Below are positions 43,328 through 59,362 of a stretch of 64,000 bases of DNA, piece by piece; the stretch's first letter is position 1, and each line of letters starts with the position of its first letter. The position numbers and the translations under genes were made by a program. Below the pieces are notes generated by a model. The model ran no database searches, was not told where the DNA came from, and saw nothing but the letters and a program-made list of their open reading frames with translations. Source of the DNA: the human T2T-CHM13v2.0 reference genome, Homo sapiens. The stretch lies in the NCBI RefSeq assembly GCF_009914755.1, contig NC_060926.1. The stretch is one strand, 5' to 3'.

Positions 43328-44559
43328 CTATAAAATGCCAAACATATGAGTAGGAAGTTAAAGCATGCTCAGAGATGAGGTGTTTGGGAGTTAACACGCC
43401 ACTTTAAATTTCAATTTGAATACTGTGGATAATCAATGTAAGGTACAGACCATCAAGCTAGGAAAGCCACCTCCAAATCAGCACATTTTTGGAACGTCTT
43501 GGCCTTTTGTCATTGAAGCCTGAAGTACTATGTGTAGTCTGGAAAGAAGTGTATATATACTACCAGCCACTATCACATGACCAGGTAAGTCCAAATATAC
43601 TCACAGAATGTCCTGCAATTGGGGCCAACAGATATGAATAGCCTTGGTGAAGCTCAAATTAGATCCCACCCCAGGGAGGGGTGAAGGCCTGAGGCACATG
43701 TTAAAATTCTGGACAGGTAACAGTCCTGGGTCAAAAGTTCACCTTTCAGATGAGAGACTGCCCAAAAATACAAATAATTCTACTCTGAGAGCAGCACACT
43801 GGAAGAAAGGGTTTCTAGAAGCTGAATTTTCTCTAACTTACAGGACAGAATCCACTGTTCCTTTGGCCAGGGCCTACCTGTGCATCCACATCTGGCCCTT
43901 TGGAAACATGCAATCCCATCAACTGGGTGGACCAATCTTATCTTGCCAGGAGTAACTAATTGTGGGTATCTGTCGCCATACAAGCATATCAGCATTGCCC
44001 TTTCCCCTAGTTTTGCAGCCAGTATTTAACATCTCCTTCCGCCTCCTTCCATGCAGGGGGAGCAGAGGCACAAATAAACTTGCCCAATATAGCTTAAGGT
44101 GCTACCTTACTTTCAAGGACCAGCAGTATATCACATGTACAGCCCACACACGCTGAATTAAACCATCCAAATCTCCAGAGACCTGTTTGCAAATACTGCA
44201 AAAACCCTTCGACATAAGGCCTCTACTTCACCACTAATCACCAAAGCTGCCTTGCTGAATACAGTAAGTCTGCATGATGACCACTGTCACAGACAATGGC
44301 AGTCCACAGGAGGACTGCCTTTCAGCTATGCTTTACAACTTGCAAGAGTGGCAAATCTTTGCAAAAGCACTTTCACTCAACCCAAATATTGCTTATTTAG
44401 AATCCAACATCATGATCTACCCAAACAAGTGGCCCGTTCTCCCTTTCTTGGTTAAACGGATGAAGAAATAAAAATGCCATTTTCATTTGTAAACTTGTAT
44501 TTTTGTATTTATATTTAGGAGTATAAAATGTACTTATATTTAGGACTACAAAAATGTAC

Positions 44560-44756
44560 CTGGGAAGGTGACGGGACCTCTATACTCAGGTTAAGTCTCG
44601 ACTGCACACTGACAGGAGTATGTAGACCATTCCATTTCCCTGAAGACTCAGCCTTGTTAGTATCAGGACTGGTCGGCAGATGTGCAGGAAAAGGTGGCAA
44701 GAAAGTGCAAGTTCTAGAAGCAGATGATATTTCCAGATCCACAGCAGCCCGAAATA
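44560..44756 (-). CDS. REV1: REV1 exon 17
   Basis: ttgtag|TA TTT...CAG|gtacat; VFRAAVDLEISS...SIEVPSPSQ. Confidence 0.94.
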
Positions 44757-44974
44757 CTACAAAAAGAAAATATATAAAATAGCCTCTTCAGATCATCGGG
44801 CAGGGCCTTTAATCCTCTGTCCATTACAAATAAAAAAACTTTATTACTGATTCATCATAATGAAGAATATAAATTTTTAAAATCACATAAAGCTGTGTCA
44901 ATTTTAAAACCAACTGCCGTCTTTCCAAGGACATAAGCAGCACCTAAAAAAGAACCACATTGATGACCACCAAC

Positions 44975-45140
44975 CTTCTTTGTGCTCCTCTTCGGTGGAT
45001 TTCTTAGCTTTCTGAACTTGGAAGACATCACGGACAGAGTATGACCCACTAGGAAAGTGGCTTGACTGAACTGATGGGCGACTGGGACATGTGGAAGGGT
45101 TCAGATTAGTTGGAACCAACTGATTCACGTGAATCCCAAC
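44975..45140 (-). CDS. REV1: REV1 exon 16
   Basis: ttctag|GTT...GAAG|gttggt; VGIHVNQLVPTN...STEEEHKE. Confidence 0.94.
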
Positions 45141-45726
45141 CTAGAACCCAGAATAAAGAGTATGCTTCTAGGAAAACTAAAGTGAAAATATGAATTCAGC
45201 TAAGCAAAATCCTCAGCAAATCCTTTTCACTATCTCCTGGATCCTGTTTCTAGAATAAAGGTAAATGAAAGTATTCAAACAGCATTCTATATGACTTATT
45301 ACAAAAACAATTTCTAAAGTAGCTAGTGAGTGGTCATTCATCTCAAACTTCAGAGTATCCAATTCTCCCAAAATATACCAAAAGATCTTTAAAATCAGAA
45401 AATCCAAACAAGTGGAATACTGTATTCCACTGATGTTCTCGTCAACTAAGGTTTTAAATTAGGATAAAAAAAAATTAAGAGAGGACAGTCTACTTGGAAA
45501 CTTCACTATTTTTATCTTTTTTAAATGAAATACTTCTCAAAAAATATTGGCGGGAGTGATGAACAGCAGGTACACTGCAGACCCCTCCATAAAGTGCCAT
45601 TATAACAGTATTTCAGGGAGAAATCACAATTACGGCTGGCTTAGTGACTAATCTTTCAACAAAGCCCACATCAAGCCAGAACAACCCTTTACTTACATAT
45701 GCACACATAAAACTAAACCTACAAAG

Positions 45727-45730
<4 letters not shown>

Positions 45731-45759
<29 letters not shown>

Positions 45760-45934
45760 GAGACAGAGCCTCACTGTGTCACTCAGGCTGGAGTGCGGTG
45801 GCACGATCTTGGCTCATGCAAGCTCTGCCTCTTGGGTTCAAGTGATTCTCCTGCCTCAGCCTCCCGAGTAGCTGGGACTATGAGGCATGCACCACCACAC
45901 CCGGCTAATTTTTGTATTTTTAGTAGAGATGGGG
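45731..45934 (-). mobile_element. Alu missing ~100 nt of its 5' end
   Basis: Long T tail, right monomer and linker, then abrupt junction. Confidence 0.9.
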
Positions 45935-45939
45935 GCAAG

Positions 45940-46301
<362 letters not shown>

Positions 46302-46680
46302 CTAGGTCATCATACAGCAGATGCAGAGTATGTTTCTGATTAAAAAGGAACTTAAAGGTACAAAATTTATGTATTCATATTCCTCACAGTCATATCTACT
46401 TCTAGGAAACAAGAACAGGGAAGACATGTATATTAGCCCCTGGTTAATCAGGGGTACCTTGGAAAAGTACAGTAAGAATCTAAGAAAATTATTCTAAAAT
46501 GAAGGAGGTCAAAATGGAGGAAGTCAAGAATTTTTGTTTCTCTTTTCCTTGTATTACAAAGCAGCTAAAGACCTACATATAAAGTCCCTATACACCAGCA
46601 ATAACCCTTTTGAGAGCAAGCCTCAAAAATGAGAGATACATTACACAAAGTCAGAATTTACAATGTTACTATATACTTAC

Positions 46681-46783
46681 CCCTCTCATATCTGATATAT
46701 TTAGTTTCATTGTATGAAACATGTTTAGCATCGCCTTTCCAATTATTTTTGCATTATCTGTTGCCTGGTCAAGAGTTACAGTC
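46681..46783 (-). CDS. REV1: REV1 exon 15 (PAD/little finger)
   Basis: ttacag|G ACT...GGG|gtaagt; TVTLDQATDNAKIIGKAMLNMFHTMKLNISDMRG. Confidence 0.95.
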
Positions 46784-47659
46784 CTGTAAGTGATAGAATT
46801 AAAAAACAAAAGCTTCATTCCATATGTATTCACTAGTACTAAAGTAGTATGGAACTGTTTAAAAGAGTTATAGAAAAGTTGTAAACAGTTACAAAGAAGA
46901 TTATAAAAGTGAATGCCATAGTCTCCCTTCAAGGAAGCCAGAAATACCAAATTAGTTACACTGGCAACCAAGGGGGAAAGAAAAATTATGGAACACTAGA
47001 ACTTTAAGGTAAAAACCGTAATGGACACTTAGGTCAACTAAAAATAAGTTGAGAAATTTAGAAAAAGGTAGATTTTAGCTAACATATGCACAAATAAATA
47101 CATATTTTCCAGCTAAAGCACAAGTGAATGGTAAACACAATGTTCTTGATTCCAAGAGAAGTTTTAGGTTCCAAGATTATGTATGCTGAGGTATAGCAAA
47201 TATTCAGAAGAGAAAGATAAATTCTCTGTATGTTGTTTCTTGACTCTCCTTTCATTGTGTTTACAGTACAGCCAATAAACAATTCTTAGATCTTTAAGAA
47301 CTCTTGAAGGAGGACCAAATGGTCCATCAGCATTATTAGGTCTCAAAGATGTGCTGACCTCACCCACCATTTCCTTCAGAGCCTTTTGAGCTTCTCTGGC
47401 ATGAGCGGGCTGTCCCATTGCAAACAGAATTACTAACTCAGTAACAGATTAACAAATTACTACCAGTTCTCTTTCCAAAGGAAAGTTATTTCGTGTTTTG
47501 GATGATCCTTTCCATGTATAATGAACAAATGAAGTTCCAGGCCATTAAACAAGAAATATTCCCAGAAAAAATTATTATAAATTGAATTGGATTTTCCCAT
47601 AGAAATGTTTAAGAAGATAATCACATTACTTCATCTGCTTATAGAAATAACCACTAAAA

Positions 47660-47770
47660 GCTGAGCACAGTGGCTCACACCTGTAATCCCAAAACGCTGG
47701 GAGGTCAAGGCAAAAGGATTGTTCAAGGCCAGCCTGGGCAACAGAGCGAGATCCTGTCTCTACATAAATA
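47660..47770 (+). mobile_element. FLAM/Alu monomer
   Basis: Single diverged monomer. Confidence 0.7.
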
Positions 47771-48213
47771 AGTTTTTAAAGTAAATAAATAAATGACCAC
47801 TATTTACTATTTGAGATACATGTGTATCATAACAGGTAGGTAAATATAATTCAAGATAACCAACTGATAAAAAATGTATTTTATAAATTATGTTCTCTAA
47901 TTGTAATTTATAATTCCTGCTTTCATGGTAACTTGGGAGTTTCTCTGTTTAAGAGCAGTCGTCTCACGACTTAGCAATATCATCATATACATGAATGCAC
48001 CATGTATGGTTGGCATGAGCTAATCTTTAATGAAACTATACTTCATATTGTAAGTAGCTTTCAGTGTCAAAAGTCTCAAAATTTTGGTTTCACAGATGAA
48101 ATACAGTGCAATATAAAATGACATGTAAAACCACACATCTTCATATTGGTCACGAATCTTACATGAAGTTTAATATTAAGTAGTTGGCCCTGACATAAAA
48201 GACGAGTGTTTCA

Positions 48214-48505
48214 GACCGGGCACATTGGCTCATGCCTGTAATCCCAACACTATGGGAGGCTGCGGTGGGCGGATCATTTGAAGTCAGGAGTTCAAGATCA
48301 GCCTTGCCAACATAGTGAAACCCTATCTCTACTGAAAATACAAAAATTCGCTGGGCATGGTGGCATGCCCCATAATCCCAGCTACCCAACAGGCTGAGAC
48401 AGGAGGATTGCTTGAACCCAGGAGGTAGAAGTTGCAATGAGCCGAGATCGCACCACTGCCCTCAGGCCTGGGTGACAGAGCCAGACTCTGTCTCAAAACA
48501 AACAA
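48214..48505 (+). mobile_element. Alu followed by a C16 tract
   Basis: Dimer; C run 48506-48521. Confidence 0.92.
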
Positions 48506-48658
48506 CCCCCCCCCCCCCCCCAAAAAAAACAGCGTTTTTAAATGCTTTTACCAGTTTTCAGACATTACAGTGATTCATTCATCTTTTTACCAATTAAATG
48601 TATACACCTATGTAAATGAAGTTGCTCTCCTTCACCATCATTTTTCTAGCTACTATAG

Positions 48659-48964
<306 letters not shown>

Positions 48965-49348
48965 TGTATCATTGTTTTTAAGAACTACATTGAAATTTTC
49001 CTCAGGAAAAAAGTTTCACCAAGTCCCGAAACTATAGCAGTCCCTTTGGTCTGCAGCCTTGCCCTTTCTTTCTGTCCATGCAGTAAAGTTAACAGCCCAA
49101 AGATGCCAAGCAAAGGCTGCCAAGGTCAGCAATGCCGTCAAACCAACCTCCTGTGTGTGGGCCTCGCTGAAACCAAGTGCATTAACCTAAGCTGAATGCC
49201 TTGGGCTGATGCCTGCTTCTACAGAATACCAGATTAACGGGTTTACAGGTCTTTATTCAAACTCCTCCTTGGTTTTCTTCATTTTCTATTACTTACAACA
49301 ACCTGTACTGAAATATAATTACCAATATCATTTCTGAGGTGAGCTTAC

Positions 49349-49521
49349 CTGGCAATGTTATCACAAATTCCATGGCCTCCAAATTTTGCAGTTTCTACAG
49401 GAGCCCCAGGCTTTCGTACCATGATTTTGAGAGTTAGACGTTTACCCTTCATGCCAGTGGCTTCTAGTCTTCTTTGAATTTCTTCTGAAAGACTCAGAAG
49501 AAAAGCTTCTGCCTCTTTTGG
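49349..49521 (-). CDS. REV1: REV1 exon 14 (PAD/little finger)
   Basis: ccatag|CCA...CCAG|gtaagc; PKEAEAFLLSLSEEIQRRL...KFGGHGICDNIAR. Confidence 0.95.
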
Positions 49522-49658
49522 CTATGGAAAGACAAACGTGGAGAAACTACCATTCCACTTTCCTATATACCTAATAATTGTTCTCAAGTATTTTAACTTT
49601 GAATATTAAACATGTTGGTTACTCACTATCACGCTCAGCATCTATTAAAAAGAAACGT

Positions 49659-49953
<295 letters not shown>

Positions 49954-50043
49954 CTACAACAACAAAAACTGTTTGGTATACCCTCAACTATTAAATACAA
50001 ATACCCACCTTCCCAACAAAGTGAAAGTAATGAGTACTTTTAA

Positions 50044-50362
<319 letters not shown>

Positions 50363-50605
50363 CCTTTCTTTCTTTTCTATGCCATCACTGACTTGTCGAA
50401 AATTCTTTTGTAACTATGTTAATAAGTTCTGCTAATAAAATGTGTGTTCCAACACTGTGCTTACAGCCCAAACATCATCTATCTCCATGCCTAAGGAAAC
50501 AAAACTCCTGAGGTCCACAGTGTAGGCACAGAGGGTAATTAACTCATCACATTTCAAATCCTTATGATATGGTGTTGTTTGTACATACAAATTCAAGACA
50601 TATCC

Positions 50606-50936
<331 letters not shown>

Positions 50937-51384
50937 CATATCCAAATCCATAATCTGAAGGAAAATGGAAACTACTCAGCCATCTGTGCTGCAGCTTTCC
51001 AAAAGCTTGCATAAGGAGGGGTTTGCTGAAACTTAATTTTAACTACAGCTTAAAAAATATTTCAACATTAAAAATATTTTTCTCATCTTTTTTATTTTTT
51101 CACTGTTAATTAGAATAATTATAATCTCAAGTTCTCTAATAACTGGCCTCCAAAGCATAATCTTTTAGTATATTTCCCCAAGAGCTAAGTTTCCTCAGTC
51201 TCAGTCTTATCTGGGGCTACACCTTACCACACAGTGCCTTAAAAGGCCTTCTTAAGGCTCTGGGGATACAACAGTTTTAAGACTTAATTTCAAGCATTGA
51301 GGGTCTAATGGTTTAGTTGTAGAGGTAGGACTATGTAAAAATATAAAGAGCAACAGATGGCAAAATCTGTTCAATGATCAGTAC

Positions 51385-51605
51385 CTGAGTAAACCTTATT
51401 CCATAGTTGATCTCAGCTGAAACAGATTTTCTTTCCTTTTCAGTTCGAACTGGTCTATCATCCAAGCCACGGCAGAACCTATAAAGCATCTGACCTGTTT
51501 TGGGACCAAATTCTTTTTGGAGTTTTGCCATGGTCATATACTGCAAGTCTCCACAAGTTTTAATTCCCAAAGATGCCAACTTAGATTCCATTGAATGTCC
51601 AACTC
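51385..51605 (-). CDS. REV1: REV1 exon 13 (thumb/HhH)
   Basis: tcctag|GA GTT...CAG|gtactg; GVGHSMESKLASLGIKTCGDL...KSVSAEINYGIRFTQ. Confidence 0.96.
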
Positions 51606-52544
51606 CTAGGAAAGGGAATATAGTTAAGTATGCAGAATAAGCTACTAATAACAAGTTTATTAACACAAAATACCCACCATTTATGCACAAAACAACTAGT
51701 TTAAAATAATCTTTAAAGTCTTTAGGCAACATAACTGAAGCATCCACAGGCTGAAGAATTTTTTGGTGCAAAATCATGCTAGTAGATGTATTTCTAGACT
51801 CTACTTCTCAATTTGGACTCCACATATAGATGAACCAGAAACTTTTAAAATATGTATAACTCAAGTTATCAAAAATGTCACTTTCTTTATTAGTGAATAA
51901 TACCAAGATATGTATCTTAGTCACAAAATCAACTAAGGAATCAACTGTCATTTAAACAAGTCTATAGTGTGACTTACAGACATACTAACCAACTCACGAA
52001 ATGTAAGGGATCTATTATGATTTCGGTCATCACCAAATCTCACAGTGGTATCAGCCACATTTTTTCAGTGAAAAACAGAACAAGAATTCACAAAATGGGC
52101 CAAAGTCCAGAAATGTTACATGCTATCACACATACCACTGACCTGAAGATGAAGGACCCTAACCAAACCAACTGGTGGTTGGGGTAGAAGACAGACTTTT
52201 TTTTTAATCAAAAGGATGATCTCTCTGAAGAGATATGAACTCTCCTACAGCTGGGCCAGCAGGCAGCAGTCCCTATGTCCTATTCTGCAAGATGTAACGT
52301 TTGAGCCCCACCTAAAGGATACTGATTAATTCTGTTGCTCTAAGTTGGAGTCTTGGTTTTCTTCAATTTGCCCTAAATGCTTTAAAAAGGTCCACAAATT
52401 TGGGAAAGAGGTTTGGAGTAACTGAGGGAAACTATAATGCTTATTAAAATGGTTCCACACCATCAAGTAAAAATTTTCCATCAATGAGGAAAAGACAGCG
52501 TTGTGTTTCTGGTCTTCTGTAGGAACTTATCAAAAGAGAACTCA

Positions 52545-52815
<271 letters not shown>

Positions 52816-54164
52816 GAGAGCTCAGAGTGAAGTCTGCTAACTTCTGTTCATAGCTCCCATCCTCCTGAGTGGTCTTCAGTAGCAGAAAAACTATCTAGTC
52901 CAAGTTCTGCCAGGAAAACCTCTGGAACCAGTATATAACACAAGGTTAGGAAGTCATCAATGTGGGTCAGACAAGTTTAAACCCAGACACTTTATTCCTT
53001 AATGGAAGTGAGATGAAGGCGTTAAGCGTGCTCGTTCACAATTGTGCCATTTTAAAGTCCAAGCCAGAACAAAGGGCAAGTAAATACCAAAGACCCCGAG
53101 TTAACAATTTAAAAAAAAAAAAAAATTCCTCCAGAGAAGTACCATTCACCAAAAGGTAAAATTTTAAGTGAAACCTAAGTGCTTTTCAAAATGGGGAGGA
53201 GAAACACAAGGGAATAGACAAATTACATACTTGGGTTTGTCAAAGGTAGACACTTTGCACAGCTATTTGCTTTTAAGAAAGACTTTTTTCTTCAATTTGC
53301 TCTTTTTGTTATTTCTTTTTTGTCATAAGACTTCTTAACATCAGGGAAGACTTTGTGTCTCTCTTTTGTCCCTCCCACTATTGCCTCACTTCCCACTCCC
53401 ATAATCTGACCATGATCTTTCCGTTACAGTTCTGGGGAACAAATCTGTTCTCAGGGACTTCCAAGATTAGCAAGAGACAATCATCATCCTGGGTTGTGTT
53501 AGTGTGTCCATGTGTTGGGGTGGAAACCCCATAGTTTAAAATTTTAGAGTATCTTGAGTATACCACAACAAATTATGCACTACAGGTGCAAAGGAAAGGC
53601 TATATTAAACATCACCAAGTTAACCGTAATCAATCTAATCTAAGTGGACATCCCTCTATGAAAGAAGCACAGTTCTTCTCCATGCAGGCTCATCTGATGG
53701 AATGAAATGGCCTGAACCGGAGGTGGGGGAGGGAGGCAGGGCATGTGGTGTACCTCCAACTCCTATTGAGTGGGGGTGGGAAAATTAAACTTGGAGCCAG
53801 GACCAAAACCTTGAAGAGGGCTGCTAGTTTTAACTAAATACGTCAATTAAGTAGGTGTTTATAAGGGAAAGATGGCAACTCTATGGACAAAGTAAGGGGG
53901 GCTCCGGGCCCAAAGAGTGCAGCCACCTATTAAGGAAAAGGTGAAGGAAAATATGCTCTTTTAGAATCAAATCTCAACGAAGAGAGAGTCAAGGAGGCTC
54001 CTGGTCAAGCAACTGGGACAAAGACTTGGCATCTGTCCTTGAAGGGGAACTATTACCCTAGGTTAAAAGTGGCCAATAATGTCCCCTCCTTGGCATCCAG
54101 AACTTGGCTATCCAATACAGACATAGAGGAGTAAACTTCAAAGAATAAAGTTTTCACCATCTAC

Positions 54165-54370
54165 AGGAGTGCTGTTCAACTGAACTTTCTGCAGTGATGG
54201 AAATGTTCTCGTCTGCTATCCAATACAGGAGAACCTTGCTCCATGTGACCACTGAGCACTTGCCATGTGGCCAGGGCAGTGAGGAACTGAACTGGTAGTT
54301 TTATTTAACTTTAATTTAACTCATATTGTACTAGCTTCACTTGGCTACGTAGCTACTGTATTAGTGCAGA
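54165..54370. mobile_element. MER3-type hAT MITE
   Basis: gaactttctgcagtgatggaaatgttct...actgagcacttg...gaggaactgaa. Confidence 0.65.
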
Positions 54371-55298
54371 CTTTATGAATGCCTACATGATCATGGTGGT
54401 TCTCTGAAAATGGGATAGAGAGGGAATCCATATGCTAGATGCACAAACCTAGCAAAGGCTGAATGAGGTGCAGAGGGCCCTTCATTGAAGAGTGCATGCG
54501 CAGGTAAAAAGCCCTGCAAAGATCCAGAGAAAAAGTAGAAATGGTTCTTCAAACTGTAATAGTCGTTGGGGTCAATCCTTTCTTTCATTAGGTAACCGGA
54601 TCATATTAAGAAACGTATTTATTAGTGTAATACACAATTATTATTCTGTGGAGTCTCCTAAAGCAAAAACTTACTATTGTGTTTTTCCTTCTTATGTAGT
54701 TATTCTAATTGTTTATTACTGTGCGCAGCACGTATGTGGTCACTAAACATTTATGGGTACAAGGGACTAAAGAGGTTGGAGATGGGGCAAGTTACCACTG
54801 AATTTCTCCTGGTTATGGTTAGAGAGCCAAGTTCCTCCAAAGCGTGTTCCACAAGATATAAATAGGTACTGTATATTTATCACCAAATATCTTTGAGAAA
54901 TTACTAGTCTTTAACAAAGATAAATAGGTTTCTTTTCTAAAATAATTCCCAGGACTTTCACTGTACAAACCCCTCCACCACAGAAGGTTCCCTCTCCTAT
55001 ATGAAACCCCTTTTTAAAGGAACAGCTTATAATCTGTGGAACACACTTCAGGACAGGAGTAACAATGGAGAAGGGAGATATTTTATAGACCTGAAATGTT
55101 CTATAACAGTCAGGTTAAGGATTTGGGGATTTTATGAAAACCACATGAACCACTGTGAGCAATACAGAACCTGGCTCTGAAGAAGAGAAGGCCAACTCTG
55201 CTGCCCTATCTTTCAAATCTCCCTTAGGAAATTCAAGGCTGTGCCTCAGCTTGGCCAGGACATGTAACTTCACACTTGCCCTTCAAGAAATAAAGTCT

Positions 55299-55643
<345 letters not shown>

Positions 55644-55714
55644 TCAAGTAGCTAAAACGTCCCTATTTCTATTAAAACAAAGAAAACTACAAAAAGGGTT
55701 CGATTTAAAGATGG

Positions 55715-56417
<703 letters not shown>

Positions 56418-57481
56418 GATGGCTAGTGTAATAAACTTAAAACTCAAATTTTACATGCAACTTTAAATATACCAGTTCCTTCTTATATAAAACTTCAGTA
56501 AGATTTCTTATTAAAAATGTTTAAACTGTGTTGTCTACTACAGTAATTTGCTAGTTTGATTTTATAAAGTATTCTCAAATTAAATGTGAAACTAACCATC
56601 AAAAATGTCATATTACACATTTCTGACACTAATACATCGTTTTAAGTTATATACTACGGGGGTCAGGAAGCTTTAAAACTAACCTACCATAAAATGCCAT
56701 TTCTGTCGTTTAATATTTATGGCCTGTTAACAGAAACTTCTAAGTTAGTTCGGACATACTTTTATTAGGCTTAAAAATAGGCATCTAAAAATGCCACTAA
56801 ATCTACTTTTAACAAATGAATTTTAAAACTTTCACTATAAATGAAGATGGAAGACTTTACAAAGCTGACAGAGGCACTTTATAATAAATAGGTAACTACA
56901 CAAAAATATGAAATAACTGAACATCCTGCCCCTTAGGTGAGAAAGGTTAAGATGGAAGGTTTTTTTCCATGAGTGGAGTTAATTGAAAACACAATCCTTC
57001 TTTACGTTTCCTTTTTCCTAATACAGCTCACACACATTCTATTTATACTTTTAAAAGTACTTGTTTAATAAACTCAGAAAACTGTCGCTAGTCCTGCAGC
57101 ATGACATAGGAGAATCGAAGCTCAAAACTTTTATCTTTAGCCCAGGAGTAAACTATTTCAATAATCATTTATTTAAAGGACTGAAAGTCAATTTCATCAT
57201 CCTCCCTTTTAACATTGTTTCTTAGAATCTTGCTACTTGAGAAATACCTAAAGTAAAACTGAATAGAAGCAAAACAAAAATGTAACATTAAGGTCCTGAC
57301 AAATCATTTTAGGGGATATTTAATGCAGAATTCCAAATTTTGTTTTTCATGGCACTCAATAAGACTTAAAAATTTTTATATTCATGTCTGGGCAAAAAGA
57401 GGTCTCACAGTTCTATATTATAGATATGAAAAGTACTTGTAATGCCTGTAATAAAAGTATTGTTAAAATATTTCTATTTAC

Positions 57482-57601
57482 CTGGTAGATTGGTCACTAG
57501 CTGGCCTCTGATAAAATCATCTACTTCTTCTGGTTTTAGGTGGTACTGCCCATCTGGTTTTGCTTTTCTAGTTGCCATTCTAGCCAGGAGAATATTAGAA
57601 C
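57482..57601 (-). CDS. REV1: REV1 exon 12
   Basis: taatag|GT TCT...CCAG|gtaaat; SNILLARMATRKAKPDGQYHLK...VTNLP. Confidence 0.96.
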
Positions 57602-57859
57602 CTATTAAAAAAAAAAGTCATCCAAGAAATAGTCACAATTATTTTTTAAATTTCTCAACAAAGATCTCTTCATACAGGTTATCCATCAAGTTTCTAAAAA
57701 CAATGAAAATAAATTTTGATTATTTCAAATAAGGTGTAGAATTTTGCTAAGTATTTAGATTATAACCAACAGAGTACCTGGACAGAGGTTTCTCTTTGCT
57801 CTAACGCAAGTGCCACTTCAGCATCTAACCAGAAGCAGGAATAGAGAAAGCAGTCCTGA

Positions 57860-58160
<301 letters not shown>

Positions 58161-58859
58161 TCAGCAGTCCTGATCTTCAGAGTGGGTGTCTGTAGGAATT
58201 GAAGGCCATGATCAAAGAGTAGTTCATGTTCCCAACCACAGGAGACAGAGGAGGTAGGGAAATGACAATAAAAAGTGCGCGACTGGACTGGGGAAACCAG
58301 AAAGCCCAAAGCAGCAGTGGGAACTGAGGGTAGAAGAGTCCTCAAAACACAGAGACAGGCAGTGAGGTTCACGGTGTAGGTGTGGGCAGGGGCCACAGAA
58401 GCAGTGGAGGAAAAGGGCACCAAGCCCTGAGAAGGGGCAGGGATCTGCAGAGCTCAGCTGCTAGGTGGGCTTCTCCGTGAATAATAAAATCTCCAAAGGG
58501 AAGACTTATATTGAGGACATATCTTGGTTTTATAGAAGACTTATATAAACAGAGATTCACGAACAGGGAAAGTTCTGGGAAGTCACACCAAAATGATAAA
58601 AGTAGTGAGTTCAGGGGAGGGGAAAGGCACTGAGGAGTGGAAATATAAAGTGGGACTTTGGCATTACATATGCTTGAACTTAAAAGAATGGATTCACATG
58701 ATCACTTATAAATGAAAATTAAGGACAATTAAAAACAAAAAAATAAAATTGTGCCTGACAATGGAATATAGAATTCCTAAGTTAAATGTTACCAATGTCT
58801 GTGGGCCAACATCAGGGGGTAAAAGGTAGGCTAGCCAGTAGCTGTAGGAATGCTGGGAA

Positions 58860-59362
58860 TGTATTAATCATACTTTTTATTTTCTGTATCTCGCAGTGTT
58901 TTGAAATCTTAAAAATCCTGCTGGCTGGGGAGAGACTGCCCTCCCAGGGCTGGCTAATTCCTAAAGACAGTAAACCTCTTACCTGGAAGCACACTTGTCA
59001 TATGCAACCTAACCACCTCCTGCCCTAAATTGTCCCAGGGCCAGCTACCAGGCAACTAGGGACCACCCCTATAGCCCAGAGCCCACCAGAATTACTCAAA
59101 CTAGCCACTCCTAAAGTGTTTCCTCAGCCCTGCCTTGCCTTTCTGAAAAAAACCCTAACAAAGGCTCTGGAGCCTAGGCGCTCCGTCTGCCACTCCTTCA
59201 GCTTCTGTCTCCTAACCACCCTGGTGCTTCCCCAGTAGTCCTGTGTAGCACGGTGTGCCCCTCCTCTCGGGAAATGGAAGTAACAAATTCTTCTTTCAAT
59301 GGCATTAGCCTCTCTGCATCATCACTCAGTCATTAGTAAATTTCATGGGTACAAAGGAGACA
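58860..59362 (+). mobile_element. ERVL-class solo LTR (MER74-like)
   Basis: TG...CA ends with perfect 5-bp TSD GGGAA (58855-59, 59363-67); gactgccctcccagggctggctaattcct core; family name from memory. Confidence 0.75.

Noticed and set aside
42913-43353. 146-aa + strand ORF
   Set aside because: Non-ATG start; antisense to REV1 exon 18 and the C-rich tract
44274-44400. Box C/D snoRNA starting at ATGATGA
   Set aside because: Wrong strand for the host gene and no CTGA box D at a suitable distance
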